A DNA stretch of 64,000 nt, taken from positions 5,456,001 to 5,520,000 of the forward strand of contig CM035357.1 of the NCBI GenBank assembly GCA_020137815.1, in the 5' to 3' direction. The stretch comes from Hormiphora californensis. Its lineage: Eukaryota > Animalia > Ctenophora. Below, piece after piece: positions 42,302-64,000 of this stretch (position 1 is the first letter of the stretch; the number at the start of each line of letters is the position of its first letter). The position numbers were made by a program, and so were the translations under genes. Below the pieces are notes generated by a model that was not told the DNA's origin, searched no databases, and was given only the letters and a program-made list of their open reading frames with translations.

Positions 42302-43290
42302 TTACTGTCCAGGATGCATCAGCTTGCAATCCTTGAGTGCCTGATTGAACCCAGTACACAGGGAGATATCGTAGTTGTTCTGGGTACAGTTAATGAAATC
42401 CTGGAGCTGCTGTCCACATGGTCCACCTGATGAAGAGGAGGGTTATAATATTGTGGCCCACTAGGGGTGATTCATGTCACTATAACAAGTCCTACCTAGA
42501 GTAACCCCCGATTCACCGGGAAAAGCCTTCCCCTGGATATCCCGGTAACTGTATCATTTTATTCACAACATGAACACACCCACCTTGTTGCTGCTGAGCG
42601 TGATCACTGTAACCCACACCTCCATAGTGCTGAGGAGGGGGAGGGGCACCATATTGCTGTTGAGGGGGTGCGTACTGCTGCTGCTGAGGTGCGTACTGCT
42701 GTTGCTGCTCTTGTGGTGCTGGTGCTTGTTCTGTAATGGAGATGTTTACACACGAACATGATACACACGCACAACTGGAGAATACATGTTGGGTGAGAGA
42801 TAGAGATAGAAGCAAAAACAACAAATTACACATTAATGATACATTATCTTTATTTTCAACTGACCTTGGTTGGAGCTTCCACTGCCATTCCACATTCCCA
42901 TAATGGCATTTGCAGCAAGATGACCACCGGCAACACCCGCTGCTGTCGTAGCGATATCTCTCATCATTCTGAAAATAACATTGTTCTGTTTCTAGGTGCA
43001 GAGAGTAACTCATCAAATACTAGGTGGAGGATAGGTGATAGTCAGTATTTTAAAACTTAGTCTTTTTGCAACGAAGGAGAGAACTGGGTTACTTACCCTC
43101 CCCCTTGAGGGGCGGCAGGGGCTGCAACCGCGGAAGGAGCAGGAGCTGCGGGAGCAGCAGCGGCGGGAGCAGCAGCCCGTTGGGGAGGAGGGGCGGCCCT
43201 AGCTTGCTGGGGAGGAGGTGAGGTTGCCCTAGGTGGGGACCTAGAAGGGCCAGGGGAGGGCTTCCGTCCGAATCCGCTTCGTCGAGGCAT
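42302..43290 (-). CDS. CHCHD2: CHCHD2/CHCHD10 family mitochondrial protein, 4 exons
   Basis: MPRRSG...Ala/Pro-rich; MMRDIATTAAGVAGGH; Gln-rich linker; twin CX9C (CGQQLQDFINCTQNNYDISLCTGFNQALKDC). Confidence 0.92.
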
Positions 43291-45706
43291 TTCTGAATGT
43301 GCTAGGGAAGTTTGGAAATGGTAAATGATGAAATTTTGTGGTAAATCAATATAATATATATTGAGTGAGCTAGTTAGATCAGGGGAAGTCAGGAGGGGAT
43401 GAACCACACAAAAGTCAAAAGTTGGCCTATGCTACAGGCCCTAAAGAAGTTGGCCTATGCTACAGGCCCTAGAAGCCGTGGAAAACGCGCGCACTTGGGG
43501 TCTGCAGCGCATGCCAAAGTCAAAAGTTGGTCCGAAATTTTGAAAAATATTTTGAAAACTTCCCAAATTTTCAGATTTCAGATTTTCTGAATCCCAGTCC
43601 GCGCGCCGCGCATTCATCAATGATAACGATTATAAATTATTTTCGCGCTTTACGTTTTGAACTCCATTATTATCAATAATGAGTATTCATCGTCATAGCT
43701 GAATAAGAATCACTTAAAAAGGTATTTCTTATTACCAATCGATAGGTTCAAAGACGAAATACCGCACTGGGATTCTACTTTTTGGCAAAATGCCAACTTT
43801 ACTGGAACTTTAGCTGGAACTGGAAGTGGAAGAAAAGAAACAGGAAATTTGATAAGCAAGATCTTTTAAAACTCGTAATAATAAAATGTCACCTCCATCA
43901 CGTACAAATTGTATTACATCACACCGCAATAGCGATAGAATAAATCACATTTACACATCTACAAATACACACACACACAACACCAAAACGCACCCGTGAC
44001 ACACCTGTCTGACGGCGCCTACCCGATCTGAGCGAAATGTCAAACTTATTTAAACGTGGTCGGCTCCGCCAGCCAGTGCACACAATAAGGCATGAAAAAC
44101 TCGCATACACACAACTATTTACAATTACATAATTTACACACACTGATTGATGCGTCATAAAATCCCACGCCCAAGAAAAGCCCTTGTAGCCAGCTGCCCC
44201 GCTCTCCCGTATCTTATACAGCTCCATTCGTAGCATGAATAACATCTAAAGCTAGCTCTAATCTCTGTATATCTACGCTAATCTGTAGAATGTAATACTA
44301 AACACTACTGTTCCTTTTCAATCGATGTCTCAGCTACTTTTTCGATATCCATTCTGTGACGCTAGCAACTCGGGAAATGGCCAGGGATTGAAGTGGAGAA
44401 TATCGGACTATCCTAGTAGCAGGATTTGAACAATAGTACCTGGATGGAATGATGTTAGGGGAAGGTCATTACTCATTACGTCTGTTGAAATGGTGAAATC
44501 AACTATACTTCTTCAATTGTATATCAGAGAGAAGGGAAAAAGGAAGCAACTGTGAGATTCACAGTATTTTTTGCCTTGTTCGACCCTCCCTCCCCGCGGT
44601 TTGAACAAAACAAAGTATTTTAGTTTCAACTCACTTCACGTCCTCTGCAAATCGTGACTTTACCGCGGAACCAATCTTGGGACTTGCTTTACATACACAA
44701 TCCACTGTAAAGAAAATCTGGTAGATATACAAGGTCTGGTAGGCAGAGGTAGTCCGGGAGACAAGAGATAGCCCCTTTTCCACCATGGAGTTCAATACTT
44801 GTAGCTGCAGATGGGGAGAGAAGGGGTTAGCTGATATCATGGATATGACCCTTTTGGGATTCTACTTTTTGGCAAAATGCCAATTTTACTGGAACTGGAA
44901 GTGGAAGACAAGAAACAGGAAATTTGATAAGCAAGATCTTTTAAAACTCGTAATAATAAAATGTCACCTCCATCACGTACAAATTGTATTACATCACACC
45001 GCAATAGCGGTAGAATAAATCACATTTACACATCTACAAATACACACACACACACAACATCAAAACGCACCCGTGACACACCTATCTGACGACGCCTACC
45101 CGATCTGAGCGAAATGTCAAACTTATTTAAACGTGGTCGGCTCCGCCAGACAGTGCACACAATAAGGCATGAAAAACTCGCATACACATTACACACACAA
45201 CTATTGTCTATTTACAATTACATAATTTACACACACTGATTGATGCGTCATAAAATCCCAAGAAAAGCCCTTGTAGCCAGCTGCCCTGCTCCACCCCCCC
45301 CCCCCCCCCCGAGCTAGCTCTAATCTCTGTATATACTATAATACTATATCTACGCTAATCTTTAGAATATATTACACTACTGTTCCTTTTCAATCCATAT
45401 GTCTCATCTACTTTTTCGATATCCACTCAGTGACGCTTGCAACTCGGGAAATGGCCAGGGATTGAAGTGGAGAATATCGGACTATCCTAGTAGCAGGATT
45501 CGAACAATAGTACCTGGATAGAGTGATCTGTTAGGGGAAGGTCATTACTCATTGCATCTGTTGAAATGGAGAAATCAACTATACTTCTTCAATTGTATAT
45601 CAGAGAGAAGGGAAAAAGGAAGCAACTGTGAGATTCACAGTATTTTTTGCCTTGTTCGACCCTCCCTCCCCGCGGTTTGAACAAAACAAAGTATTTTAGT
45701 TTCAAC

Positions 45707-54421
<8,715 letters not shown>

Positions 54422-54529
54422 GACCCATGACTGATAGAGATTTGTGATTTAAATTTGAACAAATAACAATAATAACAAATAGGTGATCCGATCCAGAAAT
54501 ATGCTATCAAAAACTTAAATGACAGCGAA

Positions 54530-54900
54530 TCTGAATTTTCGAATTTCGACTGTCGAAAAAAAAACTTGAAAAAATTGGCAAACGTTGCTGGCCCCCGCAG
54601 CGCGGGATAAGGCAGCGCTTTTCAATTGAAAAAAGTGAAAGAAAAAAAAACGAAAATTCTGAAAGTTTCCAGAATATGAATGCAACTTTTTGTTTAGCGC
54701 GCGCGCTCTTTCTTAACTATTTGCGCGGCGCAGTTTTGCGCGTTTCAAAAGTCACGTGACCAAAAGTGTGTAAATCGTGCGTGTATAACTTGTACACGCT
54801 GTCTGGCGGCGCCAGACCCCAATTTGATTGACAGTGCGCTCAGATGGGTCGCGGCGCCAGACAGTGTACACGCGTGTTATCGCATGTTCCCGGTTCTTCA
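54530..54900. promoter_or_regulatory. Probable (bidirectional) promoter region upstream of the C12orf56-like gene
   Basis: CpG/CGCG-rich patch, GTCACGTGAC (54751), GGCGCCAGAC x2, TGATTGACAG (54825); similar CGCG patches precede CHCHD2 (~43480-43650) and ARHGAP39 (~9220-9265). Confidence 0.5.
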
Positions 54901-56784
54901 TCTCGTCCACACTCATGACAGTTCGCGTGCCTCTTTGTTGTCTTCGTTTCGTAGTTTCGTACATGCGTTTCGCACACACGTTTCGTTGTTTCCTGTTTAG
55001 TTTGCTTGGAATTTTATTTGAAATTTGATCATTTTAGTTTAATACTTAATAGTAATAGGAGCGATATAAAAGCTATACCCAGCTCATTAGATTTGGATAT
55101 CGGATCGAGCTTCTCAGTGCTCAGGGCATTCATTCGTCGTTTCATATCAGTTTTAGACTATAGCTGCTGCAGGTCACGATTCTGATTCAGTAGACAGTAA
55201 ATTTTGCACGGGTGTCCACTATCACCTATTCACCTATATCGGTAGCAATACTAAGTGCTAAGGAAGCTTGTTGAACACCCAAGTATTTAGTATACCCCTA
55301 GTAAACCCCATATTCAACAAAAACAAGCAGGACCCCATTGTCCTGCACCTGCCCAACCTTAACAAGCCCCACCCTCTTATAATACACACCTCGTAGTTCG
55401 TAAACCCGCACTAATTTGTCAAAATTCCAACAACAAATCATTTCTCGCTGCATGCGTGTAATAATAAAGGGACCTGACAAATCCCCCAGCCCCCCCCCCC
55501 CCCCCCCAAAGGAGGGAGAGAATCCCTCAGAGAGAGAAAGAGAAGACTAGGATTCCTCGCTCCATCTTCCCTCTTTTTCTGAGCCAGGACTTATTTTGTC
55601 ATCCTGCATGAACATCCCCGGTTCAGAGAGAGGGCAGTATTTTCTGAGTCAGGACTCATTGAGATCTGCCTGCATTTTGCCGCGGGGTGCCTGTGTGGGG
55701 GAGAGAATGACCCTTTTTGTCTTTTAATTTGACCAAAATATCTTTGCTTCTCGTCAACTACGGCACTATAATAATGCAGTGCAGTTCCTTGGAGCATTGG
55801 AGACGGTCACGGAGAGAGGGATTATTTTTTGAAAATTCTCAAAAAATGCTGTTATGTCTTTATATTATTGTCTAGAAATGCTACTATTTTTCTGGAAACT
55901 AATTATAGGAACAATTTTCTATCCTCATCCCCATTTTCTTCTACCATGGTCTTCTTCCTTCTGTATTTCTTTCGATTCTTTTCATATTTCCACTACAACA
56001 TAGAGTATAGACGCGAAATTGCATTACTTGATATCTTTCCCGGTATAAGTGATCCACGCTACGTTGGAACTGCATGCCTGTTCATGAACCCCCTCACACC
56101 CCCTCCCCGGATCGCATTCCCAGCATCTCGTTCTAGTCTGATCACCCCTCTCTCTCTGCCCAACCCCTCTCTCTCTCTCTCTCTCTCTCCAATCCTGGAT
56201 ATGCAGGTCATGCAGTTGAAGTGTATGTGATATCACGACAACCCTAGACCTCTCATCTTGAAGAGTGAAATGCATATTGGAGTTAATAATATTAAGTGCT
56301 GCATGCAGAAAAGTTTATCAGTAAAATAATAACTGTACTTATCCGTTTATTTCCTGACTCCAGGAGTAAGAAGAATAATGTTTTGAGTTTTCTGCTCTTT
56401 TTTTCTTTCTGCTCTCGCTCTTCATCCCCAGTTTTTTTCACGAATTGTTTCCCTAGCCACACCACGTGACCTACATGATTGTAACCTTGTTATGTTCTAA
56501 CCGGGGCAGAGAGAGAGAGGATAGAACAAGGCAAATTGTAACCATGGTGTCCAGGCTCGAACTGGCTGCAACTCAACCGTGAAAATTGCCGTTACAAAAT
56601 CAGATCTGCTCCATGCCCCCCCCCCCCCCTCTCTCTCTACTCTCTCTTTCTTCCTGAGTGAGCAGGGCAATTTTTTCGGTAATCACATCCCAGTGCTGCT
56701 TTGTTGTGTGCAGCAGTCTTCACTTTTAGTGGCATTCTGAAATCAAATAAACCACTCTCACTCACTCAATATGATCCTTGTTGG

Positions 56785-56859
<75 letters not shown>

Positions 56860-57106
56860 AGAGAGAGTAGAGTCGCTCGATAGGCGAGCGCTCTCTCGCT
56901 TCTCGAGAGAGCGACAGTACGCGGGGAGAAAGGTTACAGAGAGGTAGTTACTTGTCCCGGAATTTGTCCCATTTTTGGCCACCCGGAGCCCACCCGGGGA
57001 GGACTGTCGCTAGTTGATTATCCAACTTGCTCTTTCTCTCCCTTCCAATTTCACTATGATGAATCAGTTGCGCCGCCGCCCTGTGTGCGCTGTTGTATGC
57101 AGAGCT

Positions 57107-57202
<96 letters not shown>

Positions 57203-57310
57203 AGGGTGTCTGAGGTCGTTGGACTGTTGCTAACCCATTTACATTTCATCAATGAGCCGGCCCACAGGAGCACCGAGTGCAAGTGGGAGGGAAACTTTCC
57301 CGCATGCTGT

Positions 57311-57392
<82 letters not shown>

Positions 57393-59519
57393 CCCGGATC
57401 ACTAACGCAATTCCAATGTACTGAGAGGGGATGATGAGCAAGACCGTTTCTTATTTTCATTGATTCCATTTCACGTCCACCTGATGATGACCTAGCAGCA
57501 GATTTTGAACCTCACTGCACAACAAGTGTCACGTGATTCGATCATCTAGTCACGTGATACTATATGTGCCCTGACCCGCTGGTAGAGGCTACAACAGGTT
57601 ATTGTTTTAGTATCCCAGTACCAGTAACAGCTCAGCCTTGGCAGATCCTTCGTCTTTAGTAGTAGAGAGAGATAGAGAGGGAGGGAGAGAGGCTCTAACT
57701 AGATAGACTAAAGTGGGAAAATATCAAAAGAAAGAAGATACAACTCTATGCATGTCTACCGAGTCAGACCAGCCTTCTCTCCCTTCTGCACCGTTCACTA
57801 TATAGATCTAATTGTTATCGAAATGATCTGGAGCACTCTTGGAAATCATCTTGGCCTAATAGGGGTTCAGTGATACAGTGATACAGTAATTATAGGGGTT
57901 CAGCCTGAGGGTTCCTTCCATATTTATATGCAACTCTGAATTGAAACTGCAACTTAATGTCTCCGATTGGTTCATTATCGGGATCGGTTTTTAGCAGCTC
58001 TTGCCTGTCTAGTACTCCATCGCAAATATAAGTCAGTTTCGAATTTCGATCAGTTTCGAATATAAACAAGTTGGTGAGTAGACCTTGAAGTTAGAATTGT
58101 CTCATATTAGATCACCCTGTTAGTATAGGGCTCGACTGTTTTGCGTGTTAGCTCGACTAGTTCTTTGTTAGTAGAGGCTTGCGTGAGTTACTATAGGGCT
58201 CAAAAAGTGAGAGATTTTAGGTGACTTCGTTGATCTAGTTGATCACACCACATATACAGAACACGCGATCTATTACTCGCCGTATCTTATATAGTTGAAC
58301 TCTGAGAGAATGCAGTGTGTGCTAGTTGATCTACAGTGTCCCGGGCCTTGTAGCTAGTTTCTCTATAGATTCATGCAGAGGGCCTGACCTCAAGTCTCAA
58401 TAAACCAATATAGTCAATACCATTCTATTATTCTAGTTACTTTGTTGCTCATGTTAGAATCTGTACGAATATAATGTATGTCTCCCTATGTAAACTTGAA
58501 TTGACCCTGTCTCCCCTATCTCTCTAGCCCCCCCTGTCCCCTTAGACAAGTACTAGCTACTCAACCATCAATTCCATGACCAGAGACACACTGTTTACTC
58601 GTGACAGGGTGAAAATAAGGGAGAGAGAGAGAGTCCATAAAAGTTCTTATAGTGCAGATGCAACTCGTCTATTTTTCCCCTTTCTCACCTTTTCTCCCCG
58701 TTTTCGCTCGTTTTCTCTCTTCCTGTTAGATGTGAGCTGTAGTTCTCTATTATTTTTGTTACAAAACTCAATGGCTCGACCTGTCACTAGATTTTAGCAC
58801 CTTGTACCATCGCATCTCACCAATCGATTTCCATTGCCAACACGTCTCTCTTTATTTTTGAAGGGGTAGCCTCTGGGCACTGACAAGACTGGTAGTTGGT
58901 GAAATCCGCGAGCCCCGGCCAATCACTTGTTTCCTAATTACGGCAAGAGCCACCTTGAGAGAGGGAGAGGGAGAGAGAGAGAGAGAGATAGGGAGAGATA
59001 GTGGGGAGAGAGATAGAGAGAGAGAGAGAGAAGATCACCTTTACTTGCGGTATAAAGGAGGGCTTGTTTATCTAACTGAGTTGTTGATACAGTGTATTTG
59101 TTTCAGATTCCCCAACATTTCACGGATCACTGCTACTATACTACATTAGATATCCCCCCCCCTCTGTGTGTGTTTTGTAATGCAGCTCGTTCGTCTGGGT
59201 AGACGGCATGTCTAGAGATATCAGATCACGTCACACGTCCTTAGCCTCCTAGGAGATCTGGGTTTGAAACCATTCTGAAAACTTGTGTGCTAGGGATACC
59301 TTGGTACGATAATATTGTTTCCAACTTGAAATACCGTGACCTCTTGTTTCCAACATGTTTCCGTCTTGTTTCCGTCTTGGCTTGTAGCTTTTCCCTTCCC
59401 GCTTTTCCATTGATTAGTGTTCTTTCTCTCGTTTATTTTTTTCCTTCCCTTGTTCCCCCGAATCAATGCAGCAGATGGTTGTTTGGCGGCGCCAGACCCC
59501 GTTTTGACAGTGTGTTTAG

Positions 59520-59639
59520 ATCAGGTCAACGGAGAAAAACGTGCACGGGGGGAAAACGAACGACCAAAACACGGTCCATCTCAACCACTGACCATCGACG
59601 CCCGTCCCGTCCCCCCTGAAACGCCTGCCATAACAGATG
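59520..59639 (+). CDS. Possible isolated exon of a plus-strand gene with large introns (unidentified)
   Basis: tttag|...QVNGEKRARGENERPKHGPSQPLTIDARPVPPETPAITD G|gtgggt, 120 nt, symmetric phase. Confidence 0.35.
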
Positions 59640-60199
59640 GTGGGTTATAGAATTGCTGTATTAGCTTTGGTCACCATCTTCTGAGTCGTGAGTTTTTTCC
59701 TTACTGAGTTTTTTTTCCTTGAAAATTGACGTGATAAACGTGGGTTGCAGGAGAAAGAGAGAGGAGGTGCTACCGGCAGTGTCTGCAGTCTGTGAATGGT
59801 GTGAGATCTAGAGGAAGAGAACTAGAGAGTTGGGGTAGAGAGTGAGGATGGTACTAGAGGGAGGTCCCTGAGTTTGCAAGAGTGTGTGTGTTAATGTTAG
59901 GAGAGGGAGTGGGGACTTTTCTCCCCTTCTGCCTTCTCTTTCCCCAAAAAATCAAAATTTGTAGGCCCGGGGTGGGCCATCAGTGGTCCAATCCCAGTTG
60001 TTCGAGCCGATCTTTGATTGAGACACTATACTAGAGAAAGGGAGAGAGAGATAGAAAGATAGAGAGAGAGATGAAACAAAATTCGATCGTTTGGGAGACT
60101 AGTACTAAAGCTGGAAGGACCGCTTATCCAATATGACTGCCAATATGATTTTAGGAAAGGGGAGTATTATTTTCAATATGCTGGCTAAACAACTGCAAA

Positions 60200-60238
<39 letters not shown>

Positions 60239-61891
60239 ACCCTCTATTTTTGGCTCTCTTAGGAACATGTGCAAATAACGCTACGTGGATACTCATATGT
60301 TTTTCCATTCACTGGCGTTATGCCCCGCGTATAATATCACTACTGCAATGTTAGAATTCCTTCTCTCACCCTCTCAAGTCTCGGATCTTCTCTGAGTGAG
60401 AGAGAGATCATCTCTCATGTCTCCCTACATGTCTCAGCTCGCGTGGTACGTCCTAACCGGTATCCCATTGCACGCTCCCACGCACTGATCGATACAGGAG
60501 ACACCCACCCCGCAATACTCCAACATTCAGTCCACTCGATGGTGCACTGTAAGGGGGGACATGGTTTGCAAGGACTCTAACAGATCTGGGGGAAACACGA
60601 GACTACTGCGTACATGCACTGCAGACCTCAACATTCCGTACCTTCGTTAGCTCCGTGAGTAGGACCCCCACCACATATAAAACACCCCCGCAATACTGCA
60701 CATAGTCTAATATTATAGTAGTTTGGACTCTCTTTGTGTGCTCATAACCGCTGGTGCTCAGTAGCTTGTGTGATTTTATCAAGCCTGATCAAGCTTGTGA
60801 TTTTAAAGAGTTATGTTAGTAATGATGCCGTTATTTGTAGTAGTCTAGTCGTGTGTTGATAGTTGTAGAGATAGTCTTTGTAGGCACAGCTTTGAGACTC
60901 TTGAGTTTTCTTATTCCCCCCGACTGTCTGCCTGTGGGAACGATCTTTAAACTGTCACAACCATCACCATGTGTTCACGTGTTGCCGCGGTCTTCACGCT
61001 TTAAATATCACCGTTTTTAGTGATTTCAGTCAAATGTTTTATCTGTTTTTTAGGAACCAGTACTCTCCAATACTCCCTTATGCCCCATAAATGTCTACAT
61101 TTTGCACTGTCCCGTCTTTGCACCAATTAATCCTATAAGGGTGCAATCTGAGGTTTGAGTAGCTCCTGTCTCGAACTGGGTTGGGGGGTCTTGAGAAACA
61201 AGAGTTCTGCGCCAAATCCCCTTCTTACATACAGGTGCTATATTCCCCGGTGTGTGCCCCTGCCGAGAGTGCACCAAAGTGCGTGGCATTTCCTTCTTCT
61301 CAGCCACTCATCTTGTCATCTCGATCTGCCAGTAGAGATCCCGGCTCATTCCTTTAACACCTTTTGTGATCTCTGTGGGAAAATGAGAGAGGGGGAGAGA
61401 GAGATACATGTAATAAAGAACGAGAGAGAGAGGGGGAGAGAGAGAGAAGAAGTGAAGAGTCTGACGATCAGTTGTGATGTGATGGTGTCGCATGGTGTGA
61501 ATGAGGGCTTCCTGGTTCAGCTTGGTCCGATCCCCCTCCCCAACCCCCTGTCATCAGAGTGGCAGCTCTAAATTAATCATGACTAGTGGGGGACAAATCT
61601 GCGATCTCTCTTGTGATAGGTGCCTATAATAGAGATTATATTGAACCCATATTGAAGTGATGGATTTAATTGTAAGAACTTGTCGTGGTAAAGGAGAGAC
61701 AGATCGCAAAGAGACAGAAATCCTCTGAAGGTAGAGAATTAGGGCATCTCTTCCTTCTACCTGTCCTGTGTGTGCGGTTAACCTCTGCCTTGTCAACTTT
61801 TTCATCAATTAGCCCTGAATTGAGGGGTTTCCCTCCCCTGCCTCTCTATTCCCCTTTTTCACACTCCTTTCTCTCTCTCTCACTCTCTCTC

Positions 61892-61927
<36 letters not shown>

Positions 61928-63384
61928 AGAGGTATATATCTCTGTTTAGTAACACGTCCATGAAAGCTTACCCGACCGCAGCTTGATTGACACTATCCTG
62001 TGACTTCCCGCTTGCCCCCCTCACTAGATAGAAGGTCACCTAATTGAGTGGGTACCAGTTGATTGAGTCAGACAGATCAGTGATACATAGACACTTCCAT
62101 ATCTCTCCTCAATTTGCTGTCTGTAGTAGGGCTACTGAATTAGTTAGAGTGGCTTGAAGCTTACCAAGTCCAGGATATGCTGTCCTCCATTTTCCGGCCC
62201 CCTTTTCTCCTTATGTTTTGTTTAGGTTTCAAGGTTCTAGGATCTGCCCTCCCACAATGGTTTGTGATCCCACTTTACCAGATCTTCTTCTGTCTTTATG
62301 GTACTACCTCTTTCCATAACATGGTTATCTAGGGGAGAAGGGGGCAAGTGCGTTTTAAACCTCCTCCATTGTTTATGGTACAGAGCTTGCCGTTTTCCAG
62401 TGGCGACTGCGTTCCAGGGTACGCGATGAGAGAGATAGATAGAGAGATAGAAGGAGAGATAAGGGGATCAGAGAGAACAATATCGAGCCCAGAGAAAGCT
62501 TTCTTTTTGTGTTGCTCCGTCTTGTCGATTAAATATTGGTGCCCTCTTTTCAAAAGAACAAAAGAAGCGCCGGGACCTTAATCGCTTGCCTTGATGATCA
62601 AGAGGGAGAGAGATAGAGAGATAGAGAAGGAGATAAACAAAGTGCCTATTTTCTTTAGTGCTTCCCCTCTCTTTTTCTCGCCCCATTCAGTCAATTATTA
62701 CGTGCTGCAGATGATCTGTAGTTCTCTATCCCTCTCTCTTGTTATTCGGAAAACAAGAGGCAGAAAGCAATTATCATTCTGTCCAAAGCAGTGTAATTAT
62801 GTTAGTGGGTGCAAATCGACACGTCTAGTTAGTTCATTTTCTCTCTCTCTCTCTCCCTCAATCTCTCACTCTCACTCACTATCTCACTCTCGCTCACTCT
62901 CTCTCACTCACTAGTCACTCTCTCTCATTTTCCCTATCATGGGGGGTGTCAAGAGATCGGAGCTCATGAGATGATGATTTGGCTCTTGAACACATTGAAT
63001 AGCTCATTTAGTATCAGTTAATTGACTCTTGTCTGCACCTCTCTCTTGGTTAATTTTGCCCCTGGGCTCAATCCCGTATACTGAAGGAGAGCAGTCTCCA
63101 GTCGTGAGGTGTATAAGAGCCCGATAAAACTAGAAAAATTTAGATAGAAAGAGAGAGGGAGAGATAAATAGAAAAAAGAGAGAGAGTGAAAGACTAAGCT
63201 CGTGATGACTGCTAACCCCCCCATGCTGGGGAAAAGTGAGAGGGACAATTCCATGAGATCACGTGACATCCCGTGCCTCATCTCATGCAAGTTCAGCCAA
63301 CTACAAGAGTCTAACACACAGTTATATATATGTGCTCACTGCAGCACCTCAACTCAGCATCTCTCTCTCTCTCCTCTCTCTCTC

Positions 63385-63428
<44 letters not shown>

Positions 63429-63466
63429 GTCCTCTCTCTCTCTTCTCTATCTCTCTCCTCTTCTCT

Positions 63467-63498
<32 letters not shown>

Positions 63499-63517
63499 TT
63501 CTCTATCTCTCTCTCTT

Positions 63518-63562
<45 letters not shown>

Positions 63563-63675
63563 ATCTCCGAGTTGTTCTCTTCCCTTGAGCGCTGTCTTTG
63601 CACCCCCGCCCCTCGAAGTTCCATGCTGCGAGCGGCCCAATCGACGCGACTGCAAAACTCACATGATATCATTCA

Positions 63676-63737
<62 letters not shown>

Positions 63738-64000
63738 TCCATTACAAAAAGCGCATGATGATGGTTCGCCCACATATGCTGTGGGGGTGTTTGTGTGTGT
63801 GTTTGCAATTAGTGCACCTCGAGCAATCCCACAGAAAAACGTGTGCAGGGAACCCCCTCGTCCCTCTTGGATTGAGTAGGTCACGTGATTTGAGGGGGAG
63901 GGAGAGTGGCAAAACAACATGTCACGTGATTCCAGAGTTTTGAAAGGGGGTGAGCGTGAGCTCTCACGCGTTATTACCCCCCACTTGTTAAACGGAAGAG

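Noticed and set aside
56758-63943. Numerous SLSLSL/ERERER ORFs
   Set aside because: Translations of (AG)n/(CT)n microsatellites.

Overview
Eukaryotic genomic DNA, very probably a cydippid ctenophore (Pleurobrachia/Hormiphora group). The evidence is a 42-nt match to the ctenophore spliced leader as I recall it, a CCAAT/CACGTG mini-element typical of Pleurobrachia, an LDLa-rich GPCR, nested intronic genes and long (AG)n tracts. Six minus-strand host genes lie in series (right to left): C12orf56/DUF4551-like, CHCHD2/10, MRPL46-like, TMEM161, TBC1D22 (about 29 kb, large introns) and the 5' part of ARHGAP39. Two antisense genes are nested in TBC1D22 introns: a PCSK9-C-terminal-module protein and an LDLa-7TM GPCR. 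Introns hold many non-autonomous DNA transposons and retroelements. The strongest finding is an L2/CR1-type LINE (16186-19114) whose genomic 5' end is a near-complete spliced leader, with an intact ORF1 but a deleted RT core; a second, ORF1-only element may belong to the same class. This suggests SL-trans-spliced, ORF1-retaining non-autonomous retroelements. Also notable: a TSD-bounded retro-insertion carrying 6.5 tandem 449/450-bp copies, a Transib-type double foldback element with RSS-heptamer ends, a candidate trans-spliced operon and repeated duplications of splice junctions. All homology calls come from recalled motifs; no searches were run.
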